This document shows positions 27,083 to 37,117 of a DNA stretch of 64,000 nucleotides, piece by piece. Within the stretch, counting starts at the first letter, position 1, and each line of letters begins with the position of its first letter. The notes under the pieces were generated by a model, which saw only the letters and a list, made by a program, of their open reading frames with translations, had not been told where the DNA came from and searched no databases. This DNA is from Acetobacteraceae bacterium (GTDB lineage: Bacteria; Pseudomonadota; Alphaproteobacteria; Acetobacterales; Acetobacteraceae), in contig OZ244581.1 of NCBI GenBank assembly GCA_965217935.1, forward strand, positions 3,257,970 to 3,321,969. Reading direction: 5' to 3'. A program made the translations under genes and the position numbers.

Positions 27083-29386
27083 TCAGCCCGCGGCTCGCGC
27101 TTCCCGTAACGCGGCCCAAACCCGCGCGGGCGACGCCGGCATGTCCAGCCGTGTCACGCCGGCCGGCGCCAGCGCGTCGAGGATGGCGTTCATGGCGGCT
27201 GGCAGGGAGCCGGTCGTCCCAGCCTCTCCGGCGCCCTTGACGCCCAACGGGTTGTTGGGCGAGGGCACGCCGAGGTCGTGGATTGAGAACTGCGGCAGCA
27301 GGTCGGCGCGGGGCATCGCGTAATCCATGAAGCTGCCGGTCACGAGTTGCCCGCTATCGGCTTCGTAGCTGCAGGCCTCCCCCATGACCTGGCCCAGCCC
27401 CTGCATCATGCCGCCGAGGATCTGCCCGTCCAGCAGGGTGTGGTTGAGCACCACGCCGCAATCGTCCACGGCCACGTAGTTCTGCAACCCTACGACGCCG
27501 GTCTCCGGATCGATCTCCACCTCGACCACGTGCGCCCCGGAGGGATAGGCCCGCGCTGCGGCCAGCGCCTCGGTGGTGTCGAGCGCACCGGGATGGCGGC
27601 GCGCGAGGTCGAACAGTTCGATGGCAACGTCCGTGCCTGCCACGCGGAACATGCCGTCATCAAAGGCGATGTCGTCCTCGGCCGCCTCCAGCGCCTCTGA
27701 CGCCAAGGCACGTCCCTTGCGGACCACCGTTGCCGCCGCGACCACGCTCGCCGCGCCCTGCGACAACATGGAGCGGGAGGCGAACGCGCCGCCGCCCAGC
27801 AATGCGGGGCCGCCGGGCGCCCCGGCCCGCAACGTGACGCGCTCCGGCGCGATGCCGAGCGCCCGGCCGACGATCTCGGGGAACACGGTCTCGTGGCCCT
27901 GGCCCGAGGACTTGGTCGCGCAATGGATTTCCACCCCGTCCGCATCGAACCGGATCGCCACCTCGTCCTTCGGCACGACCCCGCCCGACGGCTCCACGAA
28001 CAAGGCGCAGCCGATGCCGCGCAGGGCGCCGCGTGCCGCCGCCTCCGCCTGCCGTGCCGGAAAGCCGGCCCAATCCGCGTGGCGCAGTGCCGCATCGAGC
28101 AGCGCCGGGTAGTCGCCGCTGTCGTAGACGGCCGCCATCGGCCCGCCGGCGGGAAGCGTGTAGGGGAAAGCGTCGGGCGGAATGGCGTTCAGCCGGCGCA
28201 GGGCGATGCGGTCCAGGCCGGTTTGCCGGGCCGCCTCGTCCGCCAGGCGCTCGATCACGTAGGCCATGTCGGGCCGCCCGGCGCCGCGATAGGCGGTGAT
28301 CGGCGCCGTGTTGGTCAGCGCGAGGCGGTGCCGCCCATAGACCGCGGAAATTCGGTAGCAGCCCGTGCACATCATGGCCGGGTTCAACGTGCTGATCAGC
28401 GGGCCAGTGGCGACGGGATAGGCGCCCTGGTCGCAGATCCAATCGTGCCGCACGGCGAGGAACCGGCCATCCGCATCGAGCGCGAGCGATCCATTCATCG
28501 CGAGGCCGCGGCCGTGATAGTCGCTGAGGAACGTCTCGCTCCGCGACGCCACCCATTTGACGGGGCGGCCGGCCAGCCGTGCCGCCAGCGCCATCGCCAC
28601 GTGCTCGGGATAGGCAGGCCCACGGACGCCGAAGCCGCCGCCCACGTCGTCGGCGTGCACGACGATAGCGGCCGGGTCGATGCCGGTCAGCCCGGCCAGG
28701 CTTTCGCCTAATGCGCGGGAGCCCTGGTTGCCGGCCCAGATATGCAGCGCCCCGTCCTCCCAGGCCACGAGCGCCGCTTTCGGCTCCATCGGATTGGCGA
28801 CGACCCGCTCGCTGGTCAGGTCCAGCGTGACGACGTGGGCGGCGCCGGCGAAGGCCGCGTCCACGGCCGCCGCGTCGCCATACTCGTAATCGAAGCAGAG
28901 GTTGCCGGGCGCTTCCGCGTGGATCGAAGGCGCTTCGGGCGCGAGCGCGGCGCCGGCATGGACCGCGGGCGGCAGGTCCTCGTAGTCGATGACGGCGAGC
29001 TCCGACGCGTCGAGCGCTGCCTGCAGCGTCTCCGCCAGGATCAGCAGCACGGGCTCGCCGACGTAGCGCACCTTGTCGTCGGCCAGCGCGCGGCGCGGCG
29101 GCACGATCAGCGGCGCGCCGCCACGCCCGGCATAGGGCAGCAGCGCCGGCGTGCGATGGAATCCGGCCTCTCGCGTGTCCTCCCCGGTCAGCACGAGCGC
29201 CACCCCTGGCGCCGCGCGAACCGCTTCGAGGCCGAGCGAGGCGATGCGCGCGTGCGCCCGGTCGGCCCGCACGAACACGGCGTGCGCCTGCCCGGCGCAA
29301 TCGTGGTCGGCCGTGTAGCGCCCGGCGCCGGTCAGCAGGCGCCGGTCCTCACGCCGGCCCGCGAATGATGCGAAACCGTCCATCAT
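27083..29386 (-). CDS. xanthine dehydrogenase/aldehyde oxidase family molybdopterin-binding large subunit (CoxL-like)
   Basis: 767 aa from 'MMDGFASFAGRREDRRLLTGAGRYTAD'. 'DDVGGGFGVRG', 'AYRGAGRP' and C-terminal 'NPLGVKGAGEAGT'. The rest of the 1233-aa track ORF is read-through over the MFS gene. Confidence 0.85.
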   Translation of the reverse strand: MMDGFASFAGRREDRRLLTGAGRYTADHDCAGQAHAVFVRADRAHARIASLGLEAVRAAPGVALVLTGEDTREAGFHRTPALLPYAGRGGAPLIVPPRRALADDKVRYVGEPVLLILAETLQAALDASELAVIDYEDLPPAVHAGAALAPEAPSIHAEAPGNLCFDYEYGDAAAVDAAFAGAAHVVTLDLTSERVVANPMEPKAALVAWEDGALHIWAGNQGSRALGESLAGLTGIDPAAIVVHADDVGGGFGVRGPAYPEHVAMALAARLAGRPVKWVASRSETFLSDYHGRGLAMNGSLALDADGRFLAVRHDWICDQGAYPVATGPLISTLNPAMMCTGCYRISAVYGRHRLALTNTAPITAYRGAGRPDMAYVIERLADEAARQTGLDRIALRRLNAIPPDAFPYTLPAGGPMAAVYDSGDYPALLDAALRHADWAGFPARQAEAAARGALRGIGCALFVEPSGGVVPKDEVAIRFDADGVEIHCATKSSGQGHETVFPEIVGRALGIAPERVTLRAGAPGGPALLGGGAFASRSMLSQGAASVVAAATVVRKGRALASEALEAAEDDIAFDDGMFRVAGTDVAIELFDLARRHPGALDTTEALAAARAYPSGAHVVEVEIDPETGVVGLQNYVAVDDCGVVLNHTLLDGQILGGMMQGLGQVMGEACSYEADSGQLVTGSFMDYAMPRADLLPQFSIHDLGVPSPNNPLGVKGAGEAGTTGSLPAAMNAILDALAPAGVTRLDMPASPARVWAALREARAAG

Positions 29387-30771
29387 GACCTCGATACGGA
29401 GAGAGAAGGTGTCGTGGCGGGGGCGCCGGCATCGGCTGCCAGTTGCTCGAGCGAGCGGCCGCTCGGCTCCACGCCCAAGGCCAGCACGGTCGCGATCATC
29501 AGCGCGAGCAATCCCACCATCAGCGCCAGCACGCCGCCGACGCCGTAGGCAGTGAACAACGGCACCACAGCGAACGGCGTCAGCACCGTGGCGCCGCGTC
29601 CGACCGTGTTGCAGATGCCGGACGCGCGCAACCGCACCTCGGTCGGGAACAGCTCGGGGATGTAGATCCCGAACAGCACGGCCACGAGCACGTAGATCGG
29701 AACCGTCAGCGCCAGGCCGGTCAGCGGCAGGAGAATGGGATCGTGCACGAATGGGTAGATGCAGCCGAACAGGATGGACACAAGCCCGGCGCCCACGATC
29801 GTCGGCTTGCGGCCGAGGCGGTCCACGACGGAGGCGCCGAGGAACGCGCCGACGGGAGCGCCCAGCGCCATCACCAGCGAGTAGCCGAACGAGGCGGCGA
29901 TCGACAGGCCCTGGCGCGCGAAGAACGTCGGCAGCCACGTGATGAAGCCGTAGATCAGCGTGTTGATGACGATCAGGCACACGGTCCCCAGCACCATCCG
30001 CCCGAGCAACGGCGGCTGGAACAGGCTTGCGACGGAGCGCGGCGGCGCGTGCGCCGGCGCCGGGGCGGGCGGCGGCAGGGACCGCCCGCCGGACGCCTCC
30101 GCCTCGATCGAGCGGACGAGCGTTTCGGCCTCTTCGGCCCGGCCGACGCTCTCCAGCCACCGCGGGCTCTCCGGCATGGCCTTGCGCGCCTGCCACACCA
30201 GCAACGCGCCGATGCCGCCCAGCACGTACATGACGCGCCACCCCGCATACGGCACCAGCAGCCAGCCCAGCAGCGCCGAGACGGGCAATCCCAGCACGAC
30301 CAGCACGGCCACGTAGCCCAGCCAACGGCCGCGCACCGATGCGGGCACGAACTCCGTCATGGTCGAGTAGCCGACGACGTTCTCCGCCCCCAGGCCGACG
30401 CCCATGAAGAAGCGCAGGATGATCAGCGCCTCCATGCTGGGCGCGAAGGCGGACAGCAGGGACGCGCCGCCGAACAGCGCCAGATTGAGCTGGTAGGTGA
30501 CCCGGCGGCCGTAGCGGTCGCCGATGAAGCCGGTCAGCAGCGAGCCGAGCATCATGCCGAAGAAGGTGGAGGAGACGAACACGGCGTTCTGCCCCAAGGT
30601 CGAGAAGCCGGAGCGGATCGTGGCGCCCAGCACCGTGGCCGCGATGTAGATGTCGAACCCGTCGAAGAACATGCCGAGGCCCACCAGCGCGAACAGCCGC
30701 TTGTGGAACCCCGAGATCGGCAGCCGGTCGAGCCGCGGCCCCGCGTTTACGCCGACAAGTGCTGCAGACAT
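29383..30771 (-). CDS. MFS transporter
   Basis: 462 aa, 12-TM pattern, 'GFIGDRYGRR' (MFS loop 2-3 motif). Its stop overlaps the CoxL-like start (ATGA). Confidence 0.85.
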   Translation of the reverse strand: MSAALVGVNAGPRLDRLPISGFHKRLFALVGLGMFFDGFDIYIAATVLGATIRSGFSTLGQNAVFVSSTFFGMMLGSLLTGFIGDRYGRRVTYQLNLALFGGASLLSAFAPSMEALIILRFFMGVGLGAENVVGYSTMTEFVPASVRGRWLGYVAVLVVLGLPVSALLGWLLVPYAGWRVMYVLGGIGALLVWQARKAMPESPRWLESVGRAEEAETLVRSIEAEASGGRSLPPPAPAPAHAPPRSVASLFQPPLLGRMVLGTVCLIVINTLIYGFITWLPTFFARQGLSIAASFGYSLVMALGAPVGAFLGASVVDRLGRKPTIVGAGLVSILFGCIYPFVHDPILLPLTGLALTVPIYVLVAVLFGIYIPELFPTEVRLRASGICNTVGRGATVLTPFAVVPLFTAYGVGGVLALMVGLLALMIATVLALGVEPSGRSLEQLAADAGAPATTPSLSVSRS

Positions 30772-31457
30772 GCCCAGTCCCCATTCGTGGCGCCGCTTGC
30801 CGCGGCTTTGGTTTCGAGATCGCTCAAGGCCCCCAGGATACGGCGGCCGGCCTCGTCGAGATGGCGCCGCAACTGCGCGACCGCCGCCCGCGCGTCGCCC
30901 GCCGCGATGCAAGCGGCCAGCGCCTCGTGCTCGGCCGCGAGCGCGAGCGGGTTCCGCCCCCGCATCGCGCCGAGGCTCAGATAGACGAGCCGGTCCGCCT
31001 GCGCCACGGCGTCCGCCCCGGCGCGCGCGAGGCGCGCATTGCCGGAGCACGCCGTCAGCATGGTATGGAACCGACGGTTGTAAGCGATGAAACTGGCGGG
31101 ATCGCTGCAAGACGCTTGATCCAGCCGCGCGGCATCCTGCAAGGCCGCCCGCTGCGCGACAGTGGCGTCACGCGCGGCCGTGCGGGCGCAAGCCAATTCG
31201 ATCACCGCCCGGAATTGCAGCAAGTCCGCCGCCGCGGGCACCGACACCGGCGTCACGCGGTAGCCCTGGCGAGGGCGGATGCTGACCAGGCAGTCCCCCG
31301 CCAGGCGCAGCAACGCCTCCCGCACCGGCGACTTGCTGCAGCCGAGCCGAGCCGCGAGGGACTGCTCGCGCAACTCGGCGCCCGGGTGCAAGCGGCAGGC
31401 GAGGATGTCCTCCCGCACCGCCCGGTAGATCTCATCCTGCTTCACGCGGCGGAGCAT
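30747..31457 (-). CDS. GntR family (FCD-type) transcriptional regulator
   Basis: N-terminal wHTH 'IYRAVREDILACRLHPGAELREQSLAARLGCSKSPVREALLRL' and an all-helical C-terminal domain. Confidence 0.85.
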   Translation of the reverse strand: MLRRVKQDEIYRAVREDILACRLHPGAELREQSLAARLGCSKSPVREALLRLAGDCLVSIRPRQGYRVTPVSVPAAADLLQFRAVIELACARTAARDATVAQRAALQDAARLDQASCSDPASFIAYNRRFHTMLTACSGNARLARAGADAVAQADRLVYLSLGAMRGRNPLALAAEHEALAACIAAGDARAAVAQLRRHLDEAGRRILGALSDLETKAAASGATNGDWACLQHLSA

Positions 31458-31555
31458 CGGCTTCGTGATATCTCACGTCAAGCCAAACTGCTTGGCGGGC
31501 TTGGCCCCGGCCGCGTCGTCTGCGATACGGTCCGGCATTGATCGGGGAGAAAGCG

Positions 31556-32317
31556 ATGCAACGGTTCGCCGCGGGCGTGCAGGTCGAGGTCAGCGGCCAG
31601 GGGCGGCCGATTTGGCTGTTCCACTCCCTCCTGGCCGACGCGGGAAGCTGCGTTCCGCTCGCCGACGCGCTGCGGCGCGACTTCCAGGTGTTCCTGCCGC
31701 AACTGCCGGGCTTCGGCGCCTCGGAACGGATTGGCCCGGCACTCGACGACGTGGCGGACCGGATGGCCGCGGCGATGCAAGGCCTGTCCGGGCCGGCGGA
31801 CGTGTTCGGCAACGGCTATGGCGGGTTCGTGGCGCTCACGCTGGCATCGCGGCGCCCGGACCTGGTGCAGCGTCTCGTGCTCGCCGGCGCCGCGGCCTGC
31901 TTTCCAGAGGCAGGCGCCGCCCAGTTCCGCGGCATGGCGGCTGGCGCGCGCGCGAACGGATTGGCCGCGGTCGCCGATACGGCCATGCTGCGCCTGTTCC
32001 CGAAAGCGGTGCAGGACGGCATGCCCGAGGTGATGGCGGAGCGCCGGGCCCGCTTCATCGCCACCGACCTCGACGTGTTCGCGGGCGCCTGCGAGGCGCT
32101 GGCCTCGATGGACCTGCGGCCCGTGGCGCCATCGCTGGCAGTGCCGGCGCTGCTGATGGCCGGCGATGGCGATCAGGCCACCCCGGCGCACCTGGCGGAG
32201 GAACTGGCCGGCTTGATGCCGATGGCGCGCTTCCTGCTGCTTGACAACTGCGCGCACGTGCCGCAGCTGCAGGACCCGGACCGCGTGGCGGGCCAGATCC
32301 GCCTGTTCCTGCAGTAG
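31556..32317 (+). CDS. alpha/beta hydrolase (3-oxoadipate enol-lactonase-like)
   Basis: 'FGNGYGGFVA' nucleophile-elbow-like segment (G-x-G-x-G rather than G-x-S-x-G) and C-terminal 'NCAHVPQLQDP'. Confidence 0.7.
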   Translation: MQRFAAGVQVEVSGQGRPIWLFHSLLADAGSCVPLADALRRDFQVFLPQLPGFGASERIGPALDDVADRMAAAMQGLSGPADVFGNGYGGFVALTLASRRPDLVQRLVLAGAAACFPEAGAAQFRGMAAGARANGLAAVADTAMLRLFPKAVQDGMPEVMAERRARFIATDLDVFAGACEALASMDLRPVAPSLAVPALLMAGDGDQATPAHLAEELAGLMPMARFLLLDNCAHVPQLQDPDRVAGQIRLFLQ

Positions 32318-32326
32318 CGCCGCGCG

Positions 32327-33877
32327 TCACTCACTTGCGACGCGGCCATCACTCGGCGCGATCGGTATTCCAACATCCCCGCCGCGCCTGGTTCGGGCGC
32401 GAAGCCAGAAGAAGACCTGTACGCCGACCAACAACGCCGACGCGGTGACGAACCCGGCGCTGATCGGGCGCTGCAGGAACACCGTCATGTCGCCGCGCGA
32501 CAGCAGCAGGGCGCGGCGGAAGTTCTCTTCCGCCAACGGCCCGAGCACGAATCCGAGCAGGATCGGCGCCACCGGGAAGTCGAGTGCGACGAACACGGCG
32601 CCGGCGATGCCGAAGCCCAGCACCTCCCAGACCTGGAACAGGTTGTGGTTGGCGCTGAACACGCCGACGGCGATGAAGAACAGCGCCGAGGGGAACAGGA
32701 AGCGGTATGGCACTTGCAGCAGCTTCACCCAGATGCCGATCAGCGGCACGTTCAAGACGATCAGCAGCACGTTGCCGATCCAGAAGCTGGCGATCAGGCC
32801 CCAGAACAGGTCGGCGTGCTCGGTGATCAGTTGCGGGCCGGGCTGGATGCCTTGGATCAGCAGCGCGCCCAGGATAAGCGCCATGACGGCATCGCCGGGG
32901 ATGCCGAGGCTCATGGTCGGGATGAAATCGACCTGCGTCTTGGAGTGCGAGGCGGCTTCCGGCGCGGCCACGCCCTCGATCGCGCCGTGGCCGAACCGGC
33001 TTGGGTCGCGCGCGACCTTCCGTTCGAGCGCGTAGGCGATGAAGGTCGTGATCGTGGGCCCGGTGCCGGGCATGGCGCCGAACAGCACGCCCACGGACGT
33101 GCCGCGCACCATCGGCCAGAAGGCTTGGCGCAGCTCCGCCATGCTGGGCCGCATGTCGCGGATACGCATGGGGACGGCGCTGCCGACGCCCGCCATGCGG
33201 TTCACGCTGCGAAGGAATTCGGTGACGCCGAACAGGCCGAGCGCAAGCGCCACCAGCTCGACCCCGTCATCGAGCACGCTGAAGCCGAACGTGAAGCGCT
33301 GGACGCCGGTGTTCACGTCGGTTCCGACCACCCCGAGCAGCAGGCCGACGACGGTCATGGCGACCCCCTTCAAGGGCGATCCCCTGGACATGGTGGCCCC
33401 CGCCAGCAGGCCGAGCAGCATGATGGAGAACAGCTCGGCCGGGCCGAACTTGAAGGCGATGCCGACCAGCAGCGGCGAGGCGACGATCATGACGACGATG
33501 CCGACGGAGGCGGCGAAGAACGAGCTGATCATGGTGATGCCGAGCGCCGCGCCGCCGCGCCCCTGCGTCGTCAGCGGATAGCCGTCGAGGCAGGTGACCG
33601 CATGGGGCGGATGGCACGGCAGGTTGAGCAGGATCGCGCCGATCGCGCCGCCGTATTGCGAGCCATAGAAAATGCCGGCCAGCATCAGGATCGCCGGGAC
33701 CGGCTGCATCGCGTACGTCAGCGGCAGCAGCATGGAAATCGCCGAAAGCGCCCCCATGCCCGGCAGCACGCCGATCAGGTTGCCGACCAGCACGCCGAAC
33801 AGCGACCACATCAGGTTGGCGGGCGCGAGCGCCACGCCGAAGCCTTGCCATAAGTCTGAAAGCGCCTGCCCGATCAT
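32327..33877 (-). CDS. tctA: tripartite tricarboxylate transporter large permease
   Basis: About 516 aa from 'MIGQALSDLWQGFGVAL'. 'GVLPGMGALSAISMLLPLTY', 'GAMPGTGPTITTFIAYA'. Confidence 0.85.
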   Translation of the reverse strand: MIGQALSDLWQGFGVALAPANLMWSLFGVLVGNLIGVLPGMGALSAISMLLPLTYAMQPVPAILMLAGIFYGSQYGGAIGAILLNLPCHPPHAVTCLDGYPLTTQGRGGAALGITMISSFFAASVGIVVMIVASPLLVGIAFKFGPAELFSIMLLGLLAGATMSRGSPLKGVAMTVVGLLLGVVGTDVNTGVQRFTFGFSVLDDGVELVALALGLFGVTEFLRSVNRMAGVGSAVPMRIRDMRPSMAELRQAFWPMVRGTSVGVLFGAMPGTGPTITTFIAYALERKVARDPSRFGHGAIEGVAAPEAASHSKTQVDFIPTMSLGIPGDAVMALILGALLIQGIQPGPQLITEHADLFWGLIASFWIGNVLLIVLNVPLIGIWVKLLQVPYRFLFPSALFFIAVGVFSANHNLFQVWEVLGFGIAGAVFVALDFPVAPILLGFVLGPLAEENFRRALLLSRGDMTVFLQRPISAGFVTASALLVGVQVFFWLRARTRRGGDVGIPIAPSDGRVASE

Positions 33878-33882
33878 GCCGC

Positions 33883-34329
33883 TCAGCCCCAGCGCAACAA
33901 TGGAAACGGCACCTGCAGCAGCCACCAGAACACCAGCACGCAGATGGCCGCCATCGCCGCGGCGAGCAATGCCGCAATCCGAAGCGAGTTGTCGCGGTCG
34001 CCGAGCGCCGAGATGAACACGATGGCGAACGTCGCCGGAACCAGGCCGCCGAATTTGCCGAGTAGTATGAAACCGGCGATCCCGGCGCAGATGCACAGCC
34101 AGCCCCGCCATTCCGGCGCGAGCGGTTGCTCCGCAATGCCGCGCTTGGCTGTCAGCATGAGCGCGACGCCGACGGCGGCGAGGATCACGCCGAGGCTGAG
34201 CGGAAAGAAGCCGGGTCCCATGCGGCGGAGCGAGCCGATCGAGTAATTGGTCGCCTGCACCGCCGTGGCCAGGCCGATGACCAGCATCAGCAGACCGCCA
34301 AGCTGGTCCTTGCGCGTGGCCCAGCTCAT
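33883..34329 (-). CDS. tctB: tripartite tricarboxylate transporter small permease
   Basis: 148 aa, 4 TM, 'GPGFFPLSLGVILAAVG'. Immediately upstream of tctA. Confidence 0.7.
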   Translation of the reverse strand: MSWATRKDQLGGLLMLVIGLATAVQATNYSIGSLRRMGPGFFPLSLGVILAAVGVALMLTAKRGIAEQPLAPEWRGWLCICAGIAGFILLGKFGGLVPATFAIVFISALGDRDNSLRIAALLAAAMAAICVLVFWWLLQVPFPLLRWG

Positions 34330-34990
34330 TCGAAGCCGCTCCGTCGCCGAGCGGCCGCGGTTTCCGGCCCGGTCAGCAACGCGACGAGCCGGCGCGCGGC
34401 GCCCTGGTCGGCCGCACGGGCAGGCACCGCGGCGGAATAGACGGTCGCCAGGCCGTGACCCGGCGGAAGCCGGCCGACCAGCGTCAGGCCCTCGGTATTG
34501 TTGATCTCGGTCGTCTGCGTGCTGCCGATGCTGCCCGGCCGCGCGTCGGTGGCGAGCGCGCGCATCGCCGTCTCGCCGTTCGGGAACGCACGCAGCCGGC
34601 CGCTCACGTCGACGCCGAGCGTTTTCAGGACGGACATGACGTGAATCCCCGCAGTCGACCTGAGCGGGTCCGGCACGTAGATGGCGGTGGCGGCGCGCAT
34701 GGCGGCGGCGAATGCGGCGGCGGCGCTGATGTTGGGCGGCGCCTGCCCGGCCGGCACGGCCAGGGCGGTGTGCACCGCGCCGAGCGGGACGGCGCCGCCG
34801 GGCAGAAGCTCGTCTGCCAAGGCGTCGAGCTGGGCTGCCGTCAGGATCAGCACGTCGCAGGCTGCGCCGGCCAGGAACTGCTCGCGGATCGCGCCGACAG
34901 CGTTGAACGTGGCGTTCATTGGGGCGAGCGCGTGGGCGGAATGGACGGAAGTGACCAGGCCCTTCGCGGCTCCGGCGCTCAGCAGATTGA
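34326..34990 (-). CDS. ModA-like (type II periplasmic-binding-fold) protein without signal peptide; start uncertain
   Basis: 'LNLLSAGAAKGLV...NATFNAVGAIREQFLAG...DVLILTAAQLDAL'. No ATG/GTG/TTG near the expected N-terminus, which overlaps the IorB-like stop. Confidence 0.5.
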
Positions 34991-37117
34991 GGGGCAGGGC
35001 GCGGTCTCCTCGGTTTCGTTCATCGCGGCGACGATGCGCTCGGGCGTGAGCGGCGTCTCGCGCACCCGCACGCCCAGCGCGGCGGATACGGCATTGGCGA
35101 TGGCGCCCGCCGTGGGCCCGACCGAGCACTCGCCGGCGCCAACCGAAGGGGCCGCGGACGGCATGAGGTGGACATCGACGGCCGGCGCTTCGGAGAAGCG
35201 CAGGATCGGGTAGTCGTCCCAGCCCTCGATGGCGACGCGGCCGCGGCCGAACGGGACGGCCTCCTTCAGCGCCCAGCTCGTGGCCTGGATCGCGCCGCCC
35301 TCGAGCTGGTTAGCGGCCCCGTCGGCGCTGACGACGAGGCCGATGTCGGCCGCCACCGTCAGCCGGATGGCGCGGATCGCCGCGCCGGCCTCGATCTCCG
35401 CCACCACCGCGCAATAGCCGCCGGCGTTCTTGTATCGCGCGAAGCCGATGCCGCGGCCACGCCCCTCCGGCAGCGCCCCGCCCCAGCCCGAAAGCGCCGC
35501 GGCGCGCTCGATCACGGCACGGGCGCGCGGGTCCGATAGGTGGCGCAGCCGGAACGCGACCGGGTCGATGCCCGCCTGTTCGGCCAACTCATCCATCATT
35601 TGCTCGGCCGCGAACACGTTGGCAAAGGCGCCGAGCGACCGCAGCGCCGAGGCGCGCAAGGGCATGGCCATCACCCGGTGGCTCGTGACCGTCCAATGCG
35701 GCAGGTCGTAGGACGGGATCGCATTCCGCTCGGCCCCGCCGCCGGAGGACGGCGGGGCGTTGGTCGCAGGCTGCCGCTCGAAGGGCGGGTCCATGTGCCA
35801 GGCGCCGAGCAGGGCCGGGCTGCTGCCGCGGCCGGGCCGGGTGCCGTGCCCGTTGCTCCAGACCGTGTGCCGCCACGAGCCGATAGCGCCCGAGGCGTCC
35901 AACCCGGCCTCGATGTCGATGGCCATGGCCGGACCGAACGGGCAGCTGGCCAGCTCGTCGGCCCGGCTCCACTGCACCCGCACCGGGCGCCCCGGCGCTG
36001 CCCGCGCCAGCCAAGCGGCATCGAACGCCGCATCGTCGGCCGGGTTGTGGCCGTAGCACCCGGCGCCCTCCACGTGCTGCACCGTAACCGACCCGACGTC
36101 CATGCCGAACGCGAGCGCCAAGTCGCGGCGCAGATTGTAGATGCCCTGGCTATGGGTCCAGACCGACAGCGCCGCGCCGTCGGCGCGGGCCAGGGCGCAG
36201 GACGGCGCGATCGAGGCGTGGGCAAGATACGGTCGGGCGAAGCGTCGCCGCAACATCACTCCGGGCACGGCATCGGCCGATCCGTGCTGCCAGATCTCCG
36301 GGGCGTCGGCCGCCGCCGTGCGCAGCCAGGCCGCCAAGGCGTGCTGGTCCGGCAATTCGTCTGCCGGGCTGTCCCACGCGGCGGACGCGCGAAGGGTCGC
36401 GAGCGCCTGTTCGGCTTGCGCCTCGGCGCCCGCCAGCAAACCGACCAGCGAGCCGTCGCGCACGACCGCGACGACGCCCGGACAGGCCAGCGTTGGCGCC
36501 TCGTCGAGGCTTTGCAGCCGCGCGGCGGGAGAAGGCGGGCGGAGCATGCGGCCGTGGAGCATGCCGGGCAGTTGCAGGTCATGGATGAAGCGCGGCCGGC
36601 CGAACGCCTTGTCGGGCAAATCGATCCGCGCGGCCGGCTGCGGCGCGGCGGCGGCTTCGGCGGGCTTGCCGTCGGCGTCGCGGGCCAGCAGCGCGTCATC
36701 GGCCAGCGCCCAATAGCTGGTGCCGGCGCCAGTGGGCGCTGTCATCTCGCCATCCCGGAGCGCGAGTTCGGCGGCGGGGCAGTTGAGACGGCGGGAGGCT
36801 TCGGCAAGGTAGATCGCCCGCACCTCGGCGGCGACCTGCCGCAACGCCGCGCCGGAGTGCTGTATGGACAGGCTGCCCGAGGTCACGCCCTCATCCGGGC
36901 TGCCGGCGGTGCTGGCCGCGATGGGACGGACCTGGTCGGCTCGCACGCCAAGCTCCCGCGCCACGATCTGCGCGAGCGCGGTGAGGATGCCCTGGCCGAG
37001 CTCCACCTTGCCGGACCGCATCTCGACGAACCCGTCGGGCCGGATGCGCAGCCATTGATCGAGCCGCCGGTTGGCGTCGAGGCTCCCGGGCCGGCGCACC
37101 ATGTCGCTCACCGGCAC
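34979..37117 (-). CDS. molybdopterin-dependent oxidoreductase beta subunit (isoquinoline 1-oxidoreductase IorB-like)
   Basis: 712 aa. 'VELGQGILTALAQIVA', two aldehyde-oxidase/XDH Mo-binding modules. Paired with the upstream 2Fe-2S subunit gene. Confidence 0.8.
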   Translation of the reverse strand: MPVSDMVRRPGSLDANRRLDQWLRIRPDGFVEMRSGKVELGQGILTALAQIVARELGVRADQVRPIAASTAGSPDEGVTSGSLSIQHSGAALRQVAAEVRAIYLAEASRRLNCPAAELALRDGEMTAPTGAGTSYWALADDALLARDADGKPAEAAAAPQPAARIDLPDKAFGRPRFIHDLQLPGMLHGRMLRPPSPAARLQSLDEAPTLACPGVVAVVRDGSLVGLLAGAEAQAEQALATLRASAAWDSPADELPDQHALAAWLRTAAADAPEIWQHGSADAVPGVMLRRRFARPYLAHASIAPSCALARADGAALSVWTHSQGIYNLRRDLALAFGMDVGSVTVQHVEGAGCYGHNPADDAAFDAAWLARAAPGRPVRVQWSRADELASCPFGPAMAIDIEAGLDASGAIGSWRHTVWSNGHGTRPGRGSSPALLGAWHMDPPFERQPATNAPPSSGGGAERNAIPSYDLPHWTVTSHRVMAMPLRASALRSLGAFANVFAAEQMMDELAEQAGIDPVAFRLRHLSDPRARAVIERAAALSGWGGALPEGRGRGIGFARYKNAGGYCAVVAEIEAGAAIRAIRLTVAADIGLVVSADGAANQLEGGAIQATSWALKEAVPFGRGRVAIEGWDDYPILRFSEAPAVDVHLMPSAAPSVGAGECSVGPTAGAIANAVSAALGVRVRETPLTPERIVAAMNETEETAPCPSIC

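Noticed and set aside
27083-30784. 1233-aa ORF suggesting a giant fusion protein
   Set aside because: Only the C-terminal 767 aa (from MMDGFASF at 29386) is CoxL-like. The N-terminal 466 aa is an out-of-frame read-through across the MFS transporter gene.
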